64,000 bases of DNA from Camelus ferus (taxonomy: Eukaryota), in the NCBI RefSeq assembly GCF_009834535.1, contig NC_045697.1:28708001-28772000 (forward strand). Direction: 5' to 3'. The translations under genes were made by a program, and so were the position numbers. The notes beneath the pieces are model-generated. The model ran no database searches. It saw only the letters and a list, made by a program, of their open reading frames with translations, and had not been told where the DNA came from. Shown here piece after piece: positions 12,520-26,642 of the stretch (its first letter is position 1; the number at the start of each line of letters is the position of its first letter).

Positions 12520-15500
12520 ATTTTACTTATTTATTTTTTACCTTTTAATCTCCCTCACCTATTTCTTTCCTCCCCCTACCCTACTCCCCTGTGGCAACCA
12601 TCTGTTCGTTCTATCTATAACTCTGCTTCTGTGTATTTATTTGTTTGTTTTTAAGATTCCACATATAGGCAAAATTATACAGTATTTGTCCTTCTCTGTC
12701 TGACTTAATGCAGTGAGCATAGTCACCCTCTAGGTCCAACCATGTTGTTGCAAATGGCAAGATTTCATTCTTTTTCTTTTATGAATGAGTAATATTCCAT
12801 TGTATACATATATACCACATCGACTTTATCCATTTATCTATTGATGGCTACCTGGGTTGCTTCCATAGCTTAGCTACTGTAAATAATGCCACAACGAACA
12901 TAGGATGCATATCTTTTCTGATTTGTGTTTTTGTTTTCTTCAGATAAATAACCAGGAATGGAATTGCTGGATCATGTAACAGTTCAATTTTTAATTTTTT
13001 GAGGAACATCCACACTGTTTTCAATAGTGGCTGTACCAATTTACAACCCCACCAACAGTACATGAGGGTTCCCTTTTCTCCACATCCTCACCAACACTTG
13101 CTATTTTTCAATTGAAATATCATCAGTTTACAATGTTGTGTCAATTTCTGGTGTACAGCATAATGTTTCAATCATACATACACATACATATATTTGTTTT
13201 CATATTTCATTATAGGTTACTACAAGATATTGAATATAGTTCCCTGTGCTATACAGAAAACACTTGTTATATATTTACTTTATATAGAGTAGTATTTGCA
13301 AACCTTGAACTTCCAGTTTATCACTTCCCACTCCCTTTCCCTCCTGGTAACCATAAATTTGTTTTTGATGTCTGTGACTCTGTTTCTGTCTTATAAATGT
13401 CTTTTTTTTTTTTTTTAAAGATTCCACATATGAGTGATATCATATGGTATTTTTTCTTTCCCTTTCTAGCTTACTTCAATTAGAATGATGAACTCCAGGT
13501 CATCCACATTGCTGCAAATGGCAGTATTTTATTATTTTTTATGGCTGAGTAGTATTCTCCTATATATGCCAAAACTTTATCCAGTCATCTGTTAATGGAC
13601 ATTTAGGTTGTTTCCATGTCTTGGCTATTGTAAATAGTGCTGCTATGAACACTGGGGTGCATGTATCTTTTCAAATTACAGTTTTCTCTGTATATACGCC
13701 CAGGAGTGGGAATGCTGGATCATATGATAAGTCTATTTTTAGTTTTTTGAGGGTTCTCTATACTATTTTCCATAATGACTACACCAAATGTCTTTTTGAT
13801 AATAGCCATTCTGACAGGTAAGACATGATCTCGCTGGCATTCTGATTTGTATCTCCCGGGTGATTAGTGATGTTGACCATTTTTTCCTGTCTTTTGGCAT
13901 CTGTATGTCTTCTTTGGAAAAGTATGTATTCAGATCCTCTGCCCAATTTTTAATTAGGTTATCTGCTTTTTGATGTTAAATTGTATGAGTTCTTTGTACA
14001 TTAACCCCTTATCACATATATCATTTGAAAATATCTTCTCCCATTCAGTAGGTGGCCTTCATTTTATTAGTTCCCTTCACTGTGCAAAACTTTTAGTTTG
14101 ATGTAGTCCCAGCTGTTTATTTTTGCTTTTGTTTTCCTTGCCTGAGGAGACATAAAAAAAAAAAACCAAAAAAAAAAAAAACAAACCAAAAACAACAACA
14201 AAACAAAAAAAAAACCCTACTAAAACTTACGTTAAAGTGTACTTTTTTTCCTAAAAGTTTTATGGTTTCAGGTCTTAAAAGTCTTTAATTCATTTTGTAT
14301 TTATTTTTGTGCATAGTGTGAGAGTAGTCTAGTGTGATTCTTTTCAGTGTAGCTGTCCTGTTTTTCCAACACCATTCACTGGAGGCTGTCTTTTCCCCAT
14401 TGCGTATTCCTGCCACCTTTGTTGCAGATTAACTGTCCATATAAGTGTGGGTTCATCTCTATGGTGTTTATTCTATTCCATTGATCTATGTGGCTATTTT
14501 TCTGCCGGTATCATCCTGTTTTGATGACCATATCTTTGTAGCATAGCGTGAAAGCTGGGAGTTTTGTTCTCTCTCAAGATTGTTTTGACTATTTGAGGGT
14601 CCTTTGTGTTTCCATACAAATTTTAGAATTATTTGTTCTAGCTCTGTGAAAAACACCGTTTGTATTTTAACAAGGACTGCACTGAATCTGTAGATTGCCT
14701 TGGGTACTATGGTCATTTTAACAATATTAATTCTTTCAATCCATGACCACAGCTTTATTCTTCCACCTGTTTGTATATCTTCAACTTGATTCACCAGTGT
14801 CTTACAGTTTTTTGAGTATAGGTCTTTTACCTCGGGTAAATATATTTCCAGGTATTTTATTCTTTTTGATGTGATTCTAAATGGGATTGTTTTCTTAATT
14901 TTTCTTTCTGTTATTTCATTGTTAGTATACAGAAATGCAACTGATTTCTGTTTATTAATTTTGTATCCTACAACTTTACTGATTCATTGATGAGCTCTAG
15001 TAGTTTTCTGGTAGCCTCTTTAGGATTTTCTATGTATGGTATCATATCATCCATAGTTTTATTTATTTTCCAATTTGGATTCCTTTTATTTCTTTCTCCT
15101 CTCTGACTGCTGTGGGTAGAACTTCCAAAACTATGTTGAATAAAAAGGGCAAGAGTGGGCATCCCTGTCTTATTCCTGATCTTAGAGGAAATGCTTTCAG
15201 CTTTTCACCATTAAGTATGTTAGCTGTGGGCTTATTATAAATGGTATTTATTATGTTGAGGTATGGTCCCTCTGTACCCACTTTGTGGAGAGGTTTTTTT
15301 TTTAATCATAAATGGATGTTGAATTTTGTCAAAAGGTTTTTCTGCATCTATTGAGATGATCATATGATTTTTATTCTTCAGTTTGTTAATGTGATTTGTG
15401 GATACCGAACCATCCCTGCATCCCTAGGATAAATCCTACCTTGATCATGGTGTATGATCCTTTTTAATGTACTGGTGAATTTGGTTTGCTAGTATTTTGT

Positions 15501-15880
15501 TGAGGATTTTTGCATTTATGTTCATCAGTGATATTGGCCTTTAATTTTTCTTTTTTGGTGGTATCTTTGGCTGGTTTTGGTATCAGAGTGACGATGGTCT
15601 TACAGAATTAGTTTGGAAGCACTCCTTCCTCTGCAATTTTTTGGAACAGTTTGAGAAGGATAGGTATTAACTCTTCTTTAAATGTTTGGCAGAATTCACC
15701 CGTGAAGCCATCTGGTCCTGGACTCTTGTTTTTTGGGAGTTGTTTTATTACTGATTCAATTTCAGCACTGGTAATTCGTCTATTCATATTTCCTATTTGT
15801 TCCTGGTTCACTCTTAGGAGATTGTACATTTGTAGGGATTTGTCCATTACTTCTAGTTGTCCACTAAATTGGTATATAAA
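12520..15880 (-). mobile_element. L1 (ORF2 RT/C-terminal region plus 3' UTR), 5'-truncated and degenerate, interrupted at 13107-13788
   Basis: ORF-track fragments are L1 ORF2-like ([38 protein letters not shown]), with many stops and frameshifts. Confidence 0.93.
13107..13788 (-). mobile_element. Second L1 3' fragment nested in the older L1
   Basis: A new 3' terminus (attgaaatatcatcagtttacaatg) begins mid-element; the host sequence resumes at 13789. Confidence 0.75.
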
Positions 15881-16577
15881 TGAACATTTATAATGTGATT
15901 TTAAATAGCAAGAAATATTTCTATTTTTGAAGTGATATTATAAAATAATCAATTAAACTAATGTTATTTAATAAATGTATTAATCTATATGGCAGTCTAC
16001 TTTCTTATCCAGAGATAACTTCAAATTTCAATAAAATTTCATTTATAATTTTCTAACTGCCAGAAAAAAATGAGAACATTACTATTCATGATCAAGTAAA
16101 TTGCAAAGTATCAAAATACTTATTGCTAAATAATTAAGGAAAATAATACAGTATAACAGATACACTGGTAATATTTCCTTGTTTCTATGAATGAGAGACC
16201 CAGTATTAGGATAGCAGTGAATATAAAATTATGAATGTACGAAGCCTCTTATGATTGATTTTGTTGTTATAAATAACCTAGATGAAAAATGAACTCTTGC
16301 ATTTTGGCTTAAATGTTTTTCTATAAACATTGATGTCAATCACTAGGGCAGAATCATTTGTCTATAACTGACAAATACAGTTGTTTCATTCCTTCTATTC
16401 TAAATTCTTATAAATTCAAGTTTAATTATTCAAATAATCAGTATATATACATATTAACATCTTCAAAATAGCCTGTTCTGAGCAAGTAACTTAAAACAGC
16501 ATAATGTCAATGTCAAGGATTTCTCAGATTTGTTATATTTTAATATTTAACCCAGGTTATTGTAAGAATTATTATAG

Positions 16578-16728
16578 AGGGGAGGGTATAGCTCAGTGGT
16601 AGCGTGCTTGCTTAGCATCCACAAGGTCCTGGGTTCAATCCCCAGTACCTCCTCTAAAAATAAATAAATAAGTAAACCTAATTACCTTCCCCCACAAAAA
16701 ATAAAAAATAAAATTAAAAATTAAAAAA
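16578..16728 (+). mobile_element. tRNA-derived SINE (vic-1-like)
   Basis: ggggagggtatagctcagtggtag...gggttcaatccccagtacctcc plus A-rich tail; perfect 14-bp TSD aagaattattatag (16564-77, 16729-42). Confidence 0.92.
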
Positions 16729-17013
16729 AAGAATTATTATAGTGAATTTTCCTTAAGAAAAATTTTGAGCCCACCTTCTGAATGAGTTCAATTACACAAT
16801 GATGAATTTCAAATGTTGTCCAGAATACTAATAGTAAAAACTGACTTTTCAATGAATGTCTGAAGTAAAGAAACATGTTAATGGAATTCAAGGGAGTAAT
16901 TTAATAAGTTTCATAGATTTTTTTCAACCTTACCATCAAGTTGAATAGAACATAGTAATTCTAAGTGCTTGAGAAGGAACATTAAAAATGTTGATTGAGA
17001 ACAACGATATTTT

Positions 17014-17254
17014 GGATGTGAGGGTGATCTGGCTGTGACATCTGTCACCCTATTGATCTCCAGAGTCGATTCAGCTGACCTGGCTGGCTAGGTGGATGTC
17101 CCCTTCCTCCCTCACCGCTCCATGTGCATCCCTCCCGAAGCTGTGAGCTTGGTCAAGAGGACAACCTTTCCCAGTAGAGGAGGACCGTTCTTCTCAGTCA
17201 AGGGTATATGAGGAGCTGCGCTCCCCTGCTAGAACCTCCAAACAAGCTCTCAAG
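17014..17254 (+). pseudogene. RN7SK: 7SK snRNA retropseudogene, 3'-truncated (about nt 1-240 of about 330), no poly(A)
   Basis: Begins at the 7SK 5' end GGATGTGAGGG(C>T)GATCTGGCTG and runs collinearly to CAAACAAGCTCTCAAG; multiple CpG>TpG/CpA changes; flanking direct repeats. Confidence 0.95.
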
Positions 17255-17707
17255 AACAATATTTTCCATTTCAAAGTCACACAATAATATCAAGTTAGTT
17301 CCAAACACACATCATGCTATTAGATAAGCTAAACATCTAAAGGATAAGCACTACTAAGCGAATAAATTGCTGGACTGAAATATGGCATGGACTGGACCAT
17401 GATGTCTTCAGTCTCATGATTTAAAAATCTTAAGACTGAAAATTCTCAGATGTTGCCTATCTCTTTATTCTAATGACATTATTTTAGCACACGCAAAAAA
17501 GATTAAAATGTGTTATGTGGGTAAATAATAATCTTTCTTCACAGAAATTGTCCTACAATTTATTCTTCAAGAAACACAGCAACACAGATACAAAAGAAAC
17601 AAACATATCAATTAAAGTTTTGATATGTACAGTTTTAATCAAGTGTGCCATACTGACTGGCCTCCAACATTAAATGTTAGAATCCACATAACTGTATATT
17701 CTCTTAC

Positions 17708-17823
17708 CGTCCAAGAAAACATTGCCACAGAGGACGATTCTGTGTTGCCAAATCAGAATCTTTAGAACCAAACAATTTAGCTAGAAGTCGAACAACAGCT
17801 AATCGCTCTTCTCCATCATTGCT
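17708..17823 (-). CDS. PDS5A: PDS5A exon 9 (116 nt): [38 protein letters not shown](R)
   Basis: ccttag|AGC acceptor, CG|gtaaga donor (phase 2). Confidence 0.97.
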
Positions 17824-18329
17824 CTAAGGGAAAAGACAAAATAAATAAAGCCTGAGGTTTATTCACCAGATTACAGAAAATAACAAAACATTCCTGGAGA
17901 AGCTACAATTTCACATTTCTTATGACAGTAACTTTAAAATATCATGTGCTCTCATTTAACATGCTTTAAGTTGATTTGATTCCATGTTAGATCATCTGGT
18001 TCTTTGCTCTTATTTCACACCCTCCCAACTGTTAATTTATGTCTACTTCATTGCTTGTTTGCAATCTATACAGACATTTTAGAAATATGAAGATCATCAA
18101 TCAGTGCTAACACTCCCTAAGAGTCCTGGAAAAAATTCTGTGAAAGGAAGAGCTGCAAATAATTCCTGCCCTAATAAAGAAAGCTTTCTACAATCTGAAC
18201 TCTAACATAAACCTATATCAATTCAGGTTTTGACATATGAGGTTTTAATCAAGGATCCCCTACTGACTGGGGAAGATGAGACTGAAGAAAGTCATGAATT
18301 TGCAAAACTCATTTTAATAGAAGAGCATG

Positions 18330-18470
18330 GGGGGGAGGGTATAGCTCAAGTGGTAGAGCACATGCTTAGCATGCACAGGGCCTGGGTTCAATTTCCACTA
18401 CCTCCTCTAAAACATAAATAAACAAATAAGCCTAATTACCACCCCCCAAATAAGCAAAAATAAATTTAAA
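18330..18470 (+). mobile_element. tRNA-derived SINE (vic-1-like)
   Basis: Same head and tail as the other copies; TSD aagagcatg (18321-29, 18471-79). Confidence 0.9.
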
Positions 18471-21400
18471 AAGAGCATGAATCTCAGGAGGATCTAAAAA
18501 GTCAGGTGTACTAAACACTACAAAAGAGCAAAACCTTAATTTTTTTGATAGAGGCCTCCTATTTTCTTATCCTGAATCAATACATGCTTGTGATGTCATG
18601 TCTTCATATGAATCAAGTTATTCTAAAACCATATGGTGCATGAAGCTTTTTAAAAATCACATATTCACCAGGAAAATAAAGGCAATAACTAAAAGCAATC
18701 GCTAAGTTTTTAACGTGTTCAAACACAATGTGTGTCTTAAGCAATACCAGAGCCGAATAAACAAATATTCATGGGGAAAGATAAATAGAAAAAGAAAAAT
18801 AAATACTATGGGATAGAATCTTTTCTTTAAGACTGTCTTAACTCTCAGGGATAGGGTAGGGGCTTTGTGGGTAAAATATGTATACTTGTTAAACAGCAGT
18901 AAAAATGAAAATTCTATTAAGTTTTAACACTTATAACTACAAAAATGATTTTCTTTGACCAAGTTTTTCTCAAGTAACGTGACTACAATGCTGACTAGTG
19001 CTTTTTGGTAAGTCCAACTGACTAGCCAAATGATTTATTTTTTAAAAGAAAAATCAATCTATCACTTAAATGTCAAACACTAAAAAAAGTGAAAATTTTA
19101 CTTTACTTGAAAGTGACTACTTTAGTAGCTTAGTGATCATTTCAAATGATGTAACATTTCATATCTATATAATCTAACTACTGAAATAAAACTAAATGAA
19201 AACTTAACCCTCTGCTTTTAAAATGTATTCCTTGAGTGAGGCTGGAATATTATTATAGTGATGGTAATTTTTTCTGATGCAAAAAATCATTCGGTGTCTC
19301 TGACGTACAGCTGTATTATTAATCTATCCTAAGGTGAAAATTATCTCATTAAGATATTACCTACCACAATGTTTGAATAGAAATATATATATATTTATCT
19401 TAATAATTAAAAGAATGGGCAAGAATTAGAAATTCTGCATTAATAATTTACCAGTGACTGTCTAACATAAATTCAAAGGCCACCTAGTTTTTAGTTTCCT
19501 TCAACCCTAACTGGAAAACATAACCAACTATGATATTGCTTCTAGTTACAAAGTAATTGACTCAGAACAATTCTCTGTAAAAATTGCAACCAATATAAGG
19601 CAATTATGACTGTTTTTTAATGTTTCAACTTGGGGAATAAATGTAAATGTTTGTCTCTTTGTCCCTGCTTACCACAAAAAAAGTCTTAAATGTAAAATCT
19701 GTCAAATTTCCTGATAACCACAGCCAAGGCTGCTAAGTAGCACAAATCTTAGCACAAATCCAGACCCCTTAAACATATGAGAATAACACACTGGACCTAT
19801 GCAGTAGATACTGAATACAACTGCATGCAGTGGCCCATTATAAAGTAAAGTCAAATTGTTATTTTGAAGCATTTTCTCAAACATTTTTATTGTCCTCAGA
19901 AGACTATAACCTAAGATTCCTAAATATGAAGGTTGTAGCTATGCAATTCAGAGATATAACTACAGAAAATCGCCATAGCCATAAAAACTTCCTAGGCTAT
20001 CTGCTTAGCACATATTGGTGACTTAAAAGCGGGCACCCAAGTAATATATAGATAGTATCTAAACTATTCTGAATCTTTCGTCGCTTGTGATGAGAAAAGT
20101 AACACTGGTACTCGCTAGGGTTGCAGTCAGAAAAATAACACAGGTGATGGCACCTGCTGTTAAGATGTAAATATTCTATTATTTAGACGCAGTACTTAGT
20201 ATAAAGTTAAAAAAAGGTATGAATTTTTCTAAGAACATAGAAAAACATAAAAATCAATGGCCATGGGTTACATACATTGTACTAAAAGAGATTACATAGT
20301 TAGAAAGAACATTAACTGACTATGGTGTTAATTGTTTTTAAAAAGGAATTAAGAAATCTATGAAAAAAATCTTATTCATGTACCTTTAAAGTACACCTAT
20401 GAAATCAAATTTTGTCAATGAAGAAGAGAAGGTGCAAGATATAGGAGTAATTGAGGACTACGGTAAACTAAAAACCTCATAATCCATTTAAGAAGCTGCT
20501 AATAAACACTCAGTTCCTGTCATGTAGAAATAAGGGCCTAATGGTAACAAATTATTTGATTTTTAAAAAAGAAAACACACATGTCTGGACTTTTAAACAA
20601 AATCTGATTTTAAAATTTATTCATTCATTCAACGTTAGCAACTTTTTAAAAATTGAAAATTCTTTATATGAGATTTTAAAATAAAATTCATCATATAAAA
20701 CTTATTTGGGGACTGGATTCAGCTCTTAGCAACCTCTGCTGTAGGTAAATGAACCTACAGAAGAATGGGGTATGAACAAACAATGTGGCTTAATTTCCTT
20801 CTATTTACATTAAGTCCACATATGGAAACCCAAAAGTCCAGTTCCTAATTCTTTCCAACCATCTATGATGGAAGTCTTTTTTAGGATTAAAGAAGTTTGA
20901 CTTTCATATTCAAACTGTCTGAATAGACTTGGGAGAAAATATCTTAATGCCTTATATCTAGAAATAATTGGTATGGAAATACCTTTAAACTGTTGTTTAA
21001 ATAAACTCAACATTAAAAAACAAAACAAACAAAACTTCATTCTCATGTAACATTTTCCATACAACAGAGTTTCTTAAAAGTCCACTAAAATGTCCTTTAT
21101 ACTATAACCGACAAATGCCTGACATGAAGACAAGAGGAACAATTTTTAATTGTCTATCCCTGTTGTAAGAGTCTGAAAATCAGAGTTCTAATCTCAAATC
21201 CGTTTTAACTGTGTAACTGGGCAAAACAGTTCATCCTAAATTTTTCATCTCAAAAATCTAAACTATAATGTTAGTCTTAATTATAACATAGTCTGATTTA
21301 AGGATATTAAAAAAAAACTTTCAAAAAGTCCTAAATATTAAGCAAATGTGTTATTTTCTGTGGTTCAACTGGGATAGAGGATCAAGTGTCAAGTTTTTCA

Positions 21401-21883
21401 TATTTTTTGAGGAGTTATGAATTCCTTGTTTAGTTTGTTGTTTAAAAAAAAAATACACTCCTAGTCATAAAAGTAAAATTTGTCTTTGATCTATAGTATG
21501 AAAGGGTCATATAGTTGTAAGACCCTTTGAGCACTCAGTTTGAAATCTTTTGATGTTCTAAAACATTTATAATAATAAATACCATTTAATAATAACATGT
21601 ATTATAAGTTTCTGGGATAATATCATCTTTCTAATTTATTATTTGTCACTGTGTTTATCAGATATCTAACAATGAGGTAAGTTACAATTCTGCAATGTAA
21701 ATTCTCCTATCACTGAGATGAGAGACACCGTTTTACTTACATGATTAAAAAATGTATACCATAACTAAATATAAGAAGATAAAAATTGAACTCAGATTTT
21801 ATCCTTTTATGTTAGAGAAAAACAATGTGATAAATATTTTTCTCTTAAATGTTAAAGAGCTTAAAAATTACAGGCAGTCTTAC

Positions 21884-22024
21884 CTTCAGTTTGAATTCAA
21901 GCTGCGGCATGACAGATAATAATAAATGAGGGTCTATAGCAAAAAGTTCCTGTATCAGATCAAATACATGTTCTGACAAATCACTTACTGACGATCTTCC
22001 CAGCACCAGGACTTGATTGAAAAA
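21884..22024 (-). CDS. PDS5A: PDS5A exon 8 (141 nt): [47 protein letters not shown]
   Basis: ctgtag|TTT acceptor, AAG|gtaaga donor. Confidence 0.97.
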
Positions 22025-23924
22025 CTACAGCAAAAAAACAACAATAAAATATCCATTTCATTTAAAAACATGGACAGGTTTTTTAATAAACATGTGAAAA
22101 GAAAACTATATAACTGGGCATAACATATGCAAGTGAAGGGGATGAAACGGAACATGTTTTGATTATTGATACTAATTGAGTGATATTTGATTACTAATGA
22201 TAGGATAGTCACCAAACTAGAAGAAATAAACTTCTAAATATGATCAAGTTATAAATTTTACAAGAAAAAGACAAAGTAATCGAGTTGTTAACTTTCTTTA
22301 AAGTTAGGATGAAAGTTCTAGGAATCTTAATGCTCATTAGACAGTTATATAATTCTATTATAGAGAATTTTATAGAGACATTTCCTTATAACAGAGAAAA
22401 ATATAAAGTCTCAATCTTCTGGGTTTTTTTAAAATTTAAGTCTGGCTAATCTCTCCATTAGTTTAGTAATAAATAGTACTTAAATGTGGGTCATGAGTTT
22501 TTTTGAATATCCAGAAAGTCAAAAACATTTTGACTCAGAGGACAATGAGAAGGACAATGTGATGTACAAAGGTTGATAATTTAAAAGAATTCTAGGAAGA
22601 AACAAAGAAAATAGAATACCAAGAGCATAAATTAAAAGACACCTCCAGTCCTGCCAACACATATAAACTTAGAAAAAATATTAAATGTAAAAATGCTAAA
22701 GAGGCAGTTGCATGCAACTGATACGAGCATATATTTTTGGTAGTGTCATCAAATGATATATTTATATTGAAAAGCAACATACATTAAGAGTTAGAAAATA
22801 TTCATATTTACTATGCAGACTTTGAAAAGAATAAGGAAAATAGTTTTAAAATTAAAATACATATACATACACAAATAAGCACAGAACACTAATTCTGGAA
22901 GAATATGTGAAAATCTATTGGTGAAGGCTATTTCTGAGAATTAAGAATAAGGTATTCGGGGTTGAAGAGAGACAATTTTCACTGTATATTCTTTTGTACC
23001 ATTTAAGAAAACATTTTAAAACTATGTTTAAGGATTAATTTAGTTATGTAAATAACACTAATAATTCATACCATTTAAATTAATATATTCTCCCTTGGGC
23101 TTTTATATGTAGAAAATAATTCAAAAATAGATAAATGCTACATTCACAAAGATAGCTACTAAAGGAAAACGCTGAAAAAAATCTAAATGCAAGGCAACAG
23201 GGAAATGATTAGGTAAATTATGTCAATTCAAAGGAATATTTACAGTCATTCATATCATAAATAAAAAGATAATGCCAAAATAAGGAAATATGTATGTAAA
23301 TAAAGATAATTCAAAATTTTATATAGAGTATGCAAAAATAAAAAGTACGAGTGTGAGCAAATGTTCAACAATGGAACTGCTACATTAAAGCAACAGAATT
23401 ATAAATTTTTTTGCTCCTAATTACTGATTTTTTTAGTTAAAAAAAGAGAAAAGAAAAAAGAACTTCTATTTAATAAATTTAAAAAAAACTTTTATTACTG
23501 TATAACAACTATTTAAGAGGGAGAAACAAAAAGGTTCAGAAGAATGACCTAGAGACTTGAAGAGGAAAGTATATAGACAAACAGACAGCCACAGATATAG
23601 ATAAAGGGAGAAAGCGAAAGAGATCAGCCTACCCAGCAGATAAAAAGATAAAGATAAATACAAAGGCAGTAGTGGGAGTTGTAGATAAGTTTTCATAAAA
23701 ATAACCTCTCCATCTTGTGCCATTTAAAAATAATGTCAATATAAGTTTATAAAGTTATGCTGCACTTGGTCACATTTGGATATATTAGTTCTTTTGTATA
23801 TTTCTTCTAAACAGATCAAACTGTTTATAGGCTAAATAAGCCTTCATGTGAATGGTTCTATAAAATTAGTACAATGGACTAAGAACTACAGATTTATGGG
23901 GTAAATATAGGCAGAAATACATAC

Positions 23925-24005
23925 ATTGGCAATGCATGCCTCAATAGTCTGAACTGTCCTTTTCAATAGGACTTTGGCGAGGTCGAAGGACTGTTTATTT
24001 AAGTT
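23925..24005 (-). CDS. PDS5A: PDS5A exon 7 (81 nt): [27 protein letters not shown]
   Basis: tttcag|AAC acceptor, AAT|gtatgt donor. Confidence 0.97.
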
Positions 24006-24729
24006 CTGAAACAATAAAAAACATGCACAGTTACAAATGAATTAGTGAATTTATGAGACAGCATCATTAGAATAGAATACCAAATTCTTCAAATCCACAG
24101 AATATGAAGCAAAAAACCCCACAAAAAAACCAAAAAAGCCCCACCAAAACGAAAAAAACACCCTGAACCTCATTTTTCACCCAATATCCTCTAGTCAACT
24201 GGTTCTAAATGCAGAAGTTGCAAACCACACAACCATAAATCAAAAACTAAAATACATCAGATAATTAGCCAAAAGCCCAACCCTATATTAAGTTTAATTA
24301 TACTAAACTCAAAATGGCCCTAAAACTTTTTGGTTTTGTTTAACCAACTTGAACTGGCAATTACACCCATGTATCCTAAACAAATACACAAACACACCCC
24401 TTTCTAATCTACTATCCTCATATTTCACTGTCTAATCAACGTGCGTTCTGAGGAAGAATAGACATGTAAAGTGTTTCAAGGAGAATTCTCAATTATATTT
24501 TTGAAACTCAAAAATTCTCAATCAGTTATATTTATATTTATGAATACTATGTTTGTTTCTCAAGATCCCCAATCATGGTAAAAAATTAAAAGGATTAAGG
24601 AAGGTTGTAGAAAAGATATATATTTAATTAAAAAAAACTTACTGAAAATGTAATTCTTGTTTTGAAGAGTACCTATTAATACCTCTGCACTTATTCCCCA
24701 AAAAGTCAAGAATATTGTATACTCTAGGT

Positions 24730-24937
24730 TAGTAGTCAGCAAATTTTTTATGCAAACAGCCAGACAGTAAATATTTTAGGCTCTATTAGCCATATGGTCA
24801 CTGCTGCAACTCCATAACTGCTACTGTAGTGGGAAAGCAGCCATAGACAAAATGAAAATGGCTGTGTTCAAATAAGACTTTACAAAAACAGACAGTGGGC
24901 TAGACTTGGTCTACAAGCCATATCTTTCTGACACTTG
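24730..24937 (-). mobile_element. MER58A-like MITE
   Basis: cagcaaatttttt...ccagacagtaaatattttaggct...gcagccatagacaa...ggctgtgttcaaataa. Confidence 0.75.
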
Positions 24938-24999
24938 CCCCAAGTTTTTATTTCATTGGTAAGAGGACAAAATTAGCTCAAAACTAAGGTAACCTTGGA

Positions 25000-25605
25000 G
25001 GAAAGAAATAAGTGAGGGAGATTAAGAGATACAAACTTCCACTTATAAAATAAATGAGTCACAGATATGAAATGCACAGAATGGAGAATATAGTCAGTAA
25101 CTATGTAATATCTATGTATGCTGACATACTGTAAGTAAAGTGACTTGGGCGATCATTTTGAAATGTATATAAATATTGTGTAAAAGGAACTAATTTAATG
25201 TTATGTAGGTCAATTATAATTCAAAAACAAATACAGAAAAAGAGATCAGATTTGTAGTTATCAGAGATCAGAGGTGGAGGGGGATGAGGGCATTGAATGA
25301 AGACAGTCAAAAGGTACTTCTAATCATAAGTAAGTACTAGGGATGAAATGTACAACATGATAAATATAATTAACACTGCTGTGTGTTATACATGAAATTT
25401 GTTGAGTAAATCCTAAGATTTATCTCATCACAAGAAAAAAATTTTTTCCATTTCTTTAATTTTGTACCTATGAGATGAAGACTGTTCACTAAACTTATGT
25501 GATAAATCATTTCATAATGTATGTAAACCAAATCATTATGCTGTATACCTTAAATTTATACAGTGCTATTTGTTAATTATATATCAACACTGGAAGAAAA
25601 AAATT
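25000..25605 (+). mobile_element. L1 3' UTR fragments (L1MA-type), two in tandem
   Basis: Two successive L1 3' termini (tacaaacttcc...ataaaataaatgagtcac; aagtactagggatg...aatcattatgctgtatacctta). Confidence 0.7.
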
Positions 25606-26515
25606 AAGGCAACCTTTCTACTTCCTAAAAAAGAGTATTTCCTACTAACTAGAATACAAACACCAAATACACTATTAATTCCTCATAAAGTTTTTCTCTC
25701 TTATATTGCCTGACATATACTCCCCCTTTGCCATACTCTCAACATTTTGACCAATTATAGACTCACTTGAATTAATGTTAACAATAAACAGAGTCAGAAG
25801 AATTCATAAGTGATTAAATCTTATCATGAATAAGTATAATTAGATACATGTCCATCGAACATCAATAGGTCACTGAACAATTAAGAGGAAAGGAGCAGGA
25901 GGATAAAGATCAACAGTCAGATAGGCCTGAGTGCACCCCAGGGGTGGGGAGCTAAGTCCTTCAGTTCTTAGGAGAAGCTAGCAGAGAGAAACAGAAAAAG
26001 GAAATGGAGAGGAATATACAGCTCTGAATCTCCCTTTCCCCCTTAATACTAACCATTTAGTTTTGCCCAAATCTTTCTCTGAAAATGTCTAAGAAAAATG
26101 CAGAACAAGGGTTCTGAGAAGAAATACAAATTCCTACCCTTCCCATCCACATTACAAAGGAGGAAACACATTTCCTTTTCAAAAAAACAAAAACAAAAAC
26201 AAAACCCTAACCAAGACAGTACCCCAACCCCTTGTAATTCCTAGATTAGATAGGAGTGGTCAATTTGAAACATTTTTAGTTTTCCAAAAAACAGGCAACG
26301 CGTAACTGAATGAAAATTTTTCCGCAATATGTTAATCAACATATCTTCTAAAAACAACAGTAGCTATAAGACTGATGTGTGTTACTCTACCTGCTGAAGA
26401 ATAATAGTGGGAATACCAATTACCTGGGATTGCAAATAGTAAAAAAACAATTATTTTTCATATGTGTAGCACTACTATAAAATATTAACCTTTAATATCA
26501 CCATATTATACATAC

Positions 26516-26642
26516 CTTATGTGCAGGAATGAGGTTAATAAGAATGGAGTCCAGTAATTCTTGAGTAACTCCATCACCTTCCATGATGATAGAACTCATC
26601 AAGTCTAGCATGTGCATTTGTACCTTCTTATTGTGGCTATTG
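26516..26642 (-). CDS. PDS5A: PDS5A exon 6 (127 nt): (N)[42 protein letters not shown]
   Basis: Within ORF 26498..26689(-). T-tract plus aag acceptor, AAG|gtatgt donor; phase matches exon 5. Confidence 0.97.

Noticed and set aside
16578..16660. tRNA-Ala-like sequences (also at 3500, 18330, 29990, 30142, 52220)
   Set aside because: These are SINE heads: imperfect cloverleaf, shared non-tRNA tail, poly(A) and TSDs; not tRNA genes.
17014..17254. Functional 7SK gene
   Set aside because: 3' third missing, no T-run terminator, no upstream PSE/TATA, CpG decay and flanking direct repeats.
23919..26515. U12-type introns (GTAT donors after exons 6 and 7)
   Set aside because: Donors are GTATGT, not GTATCCTT, so ordinary U2 introns.
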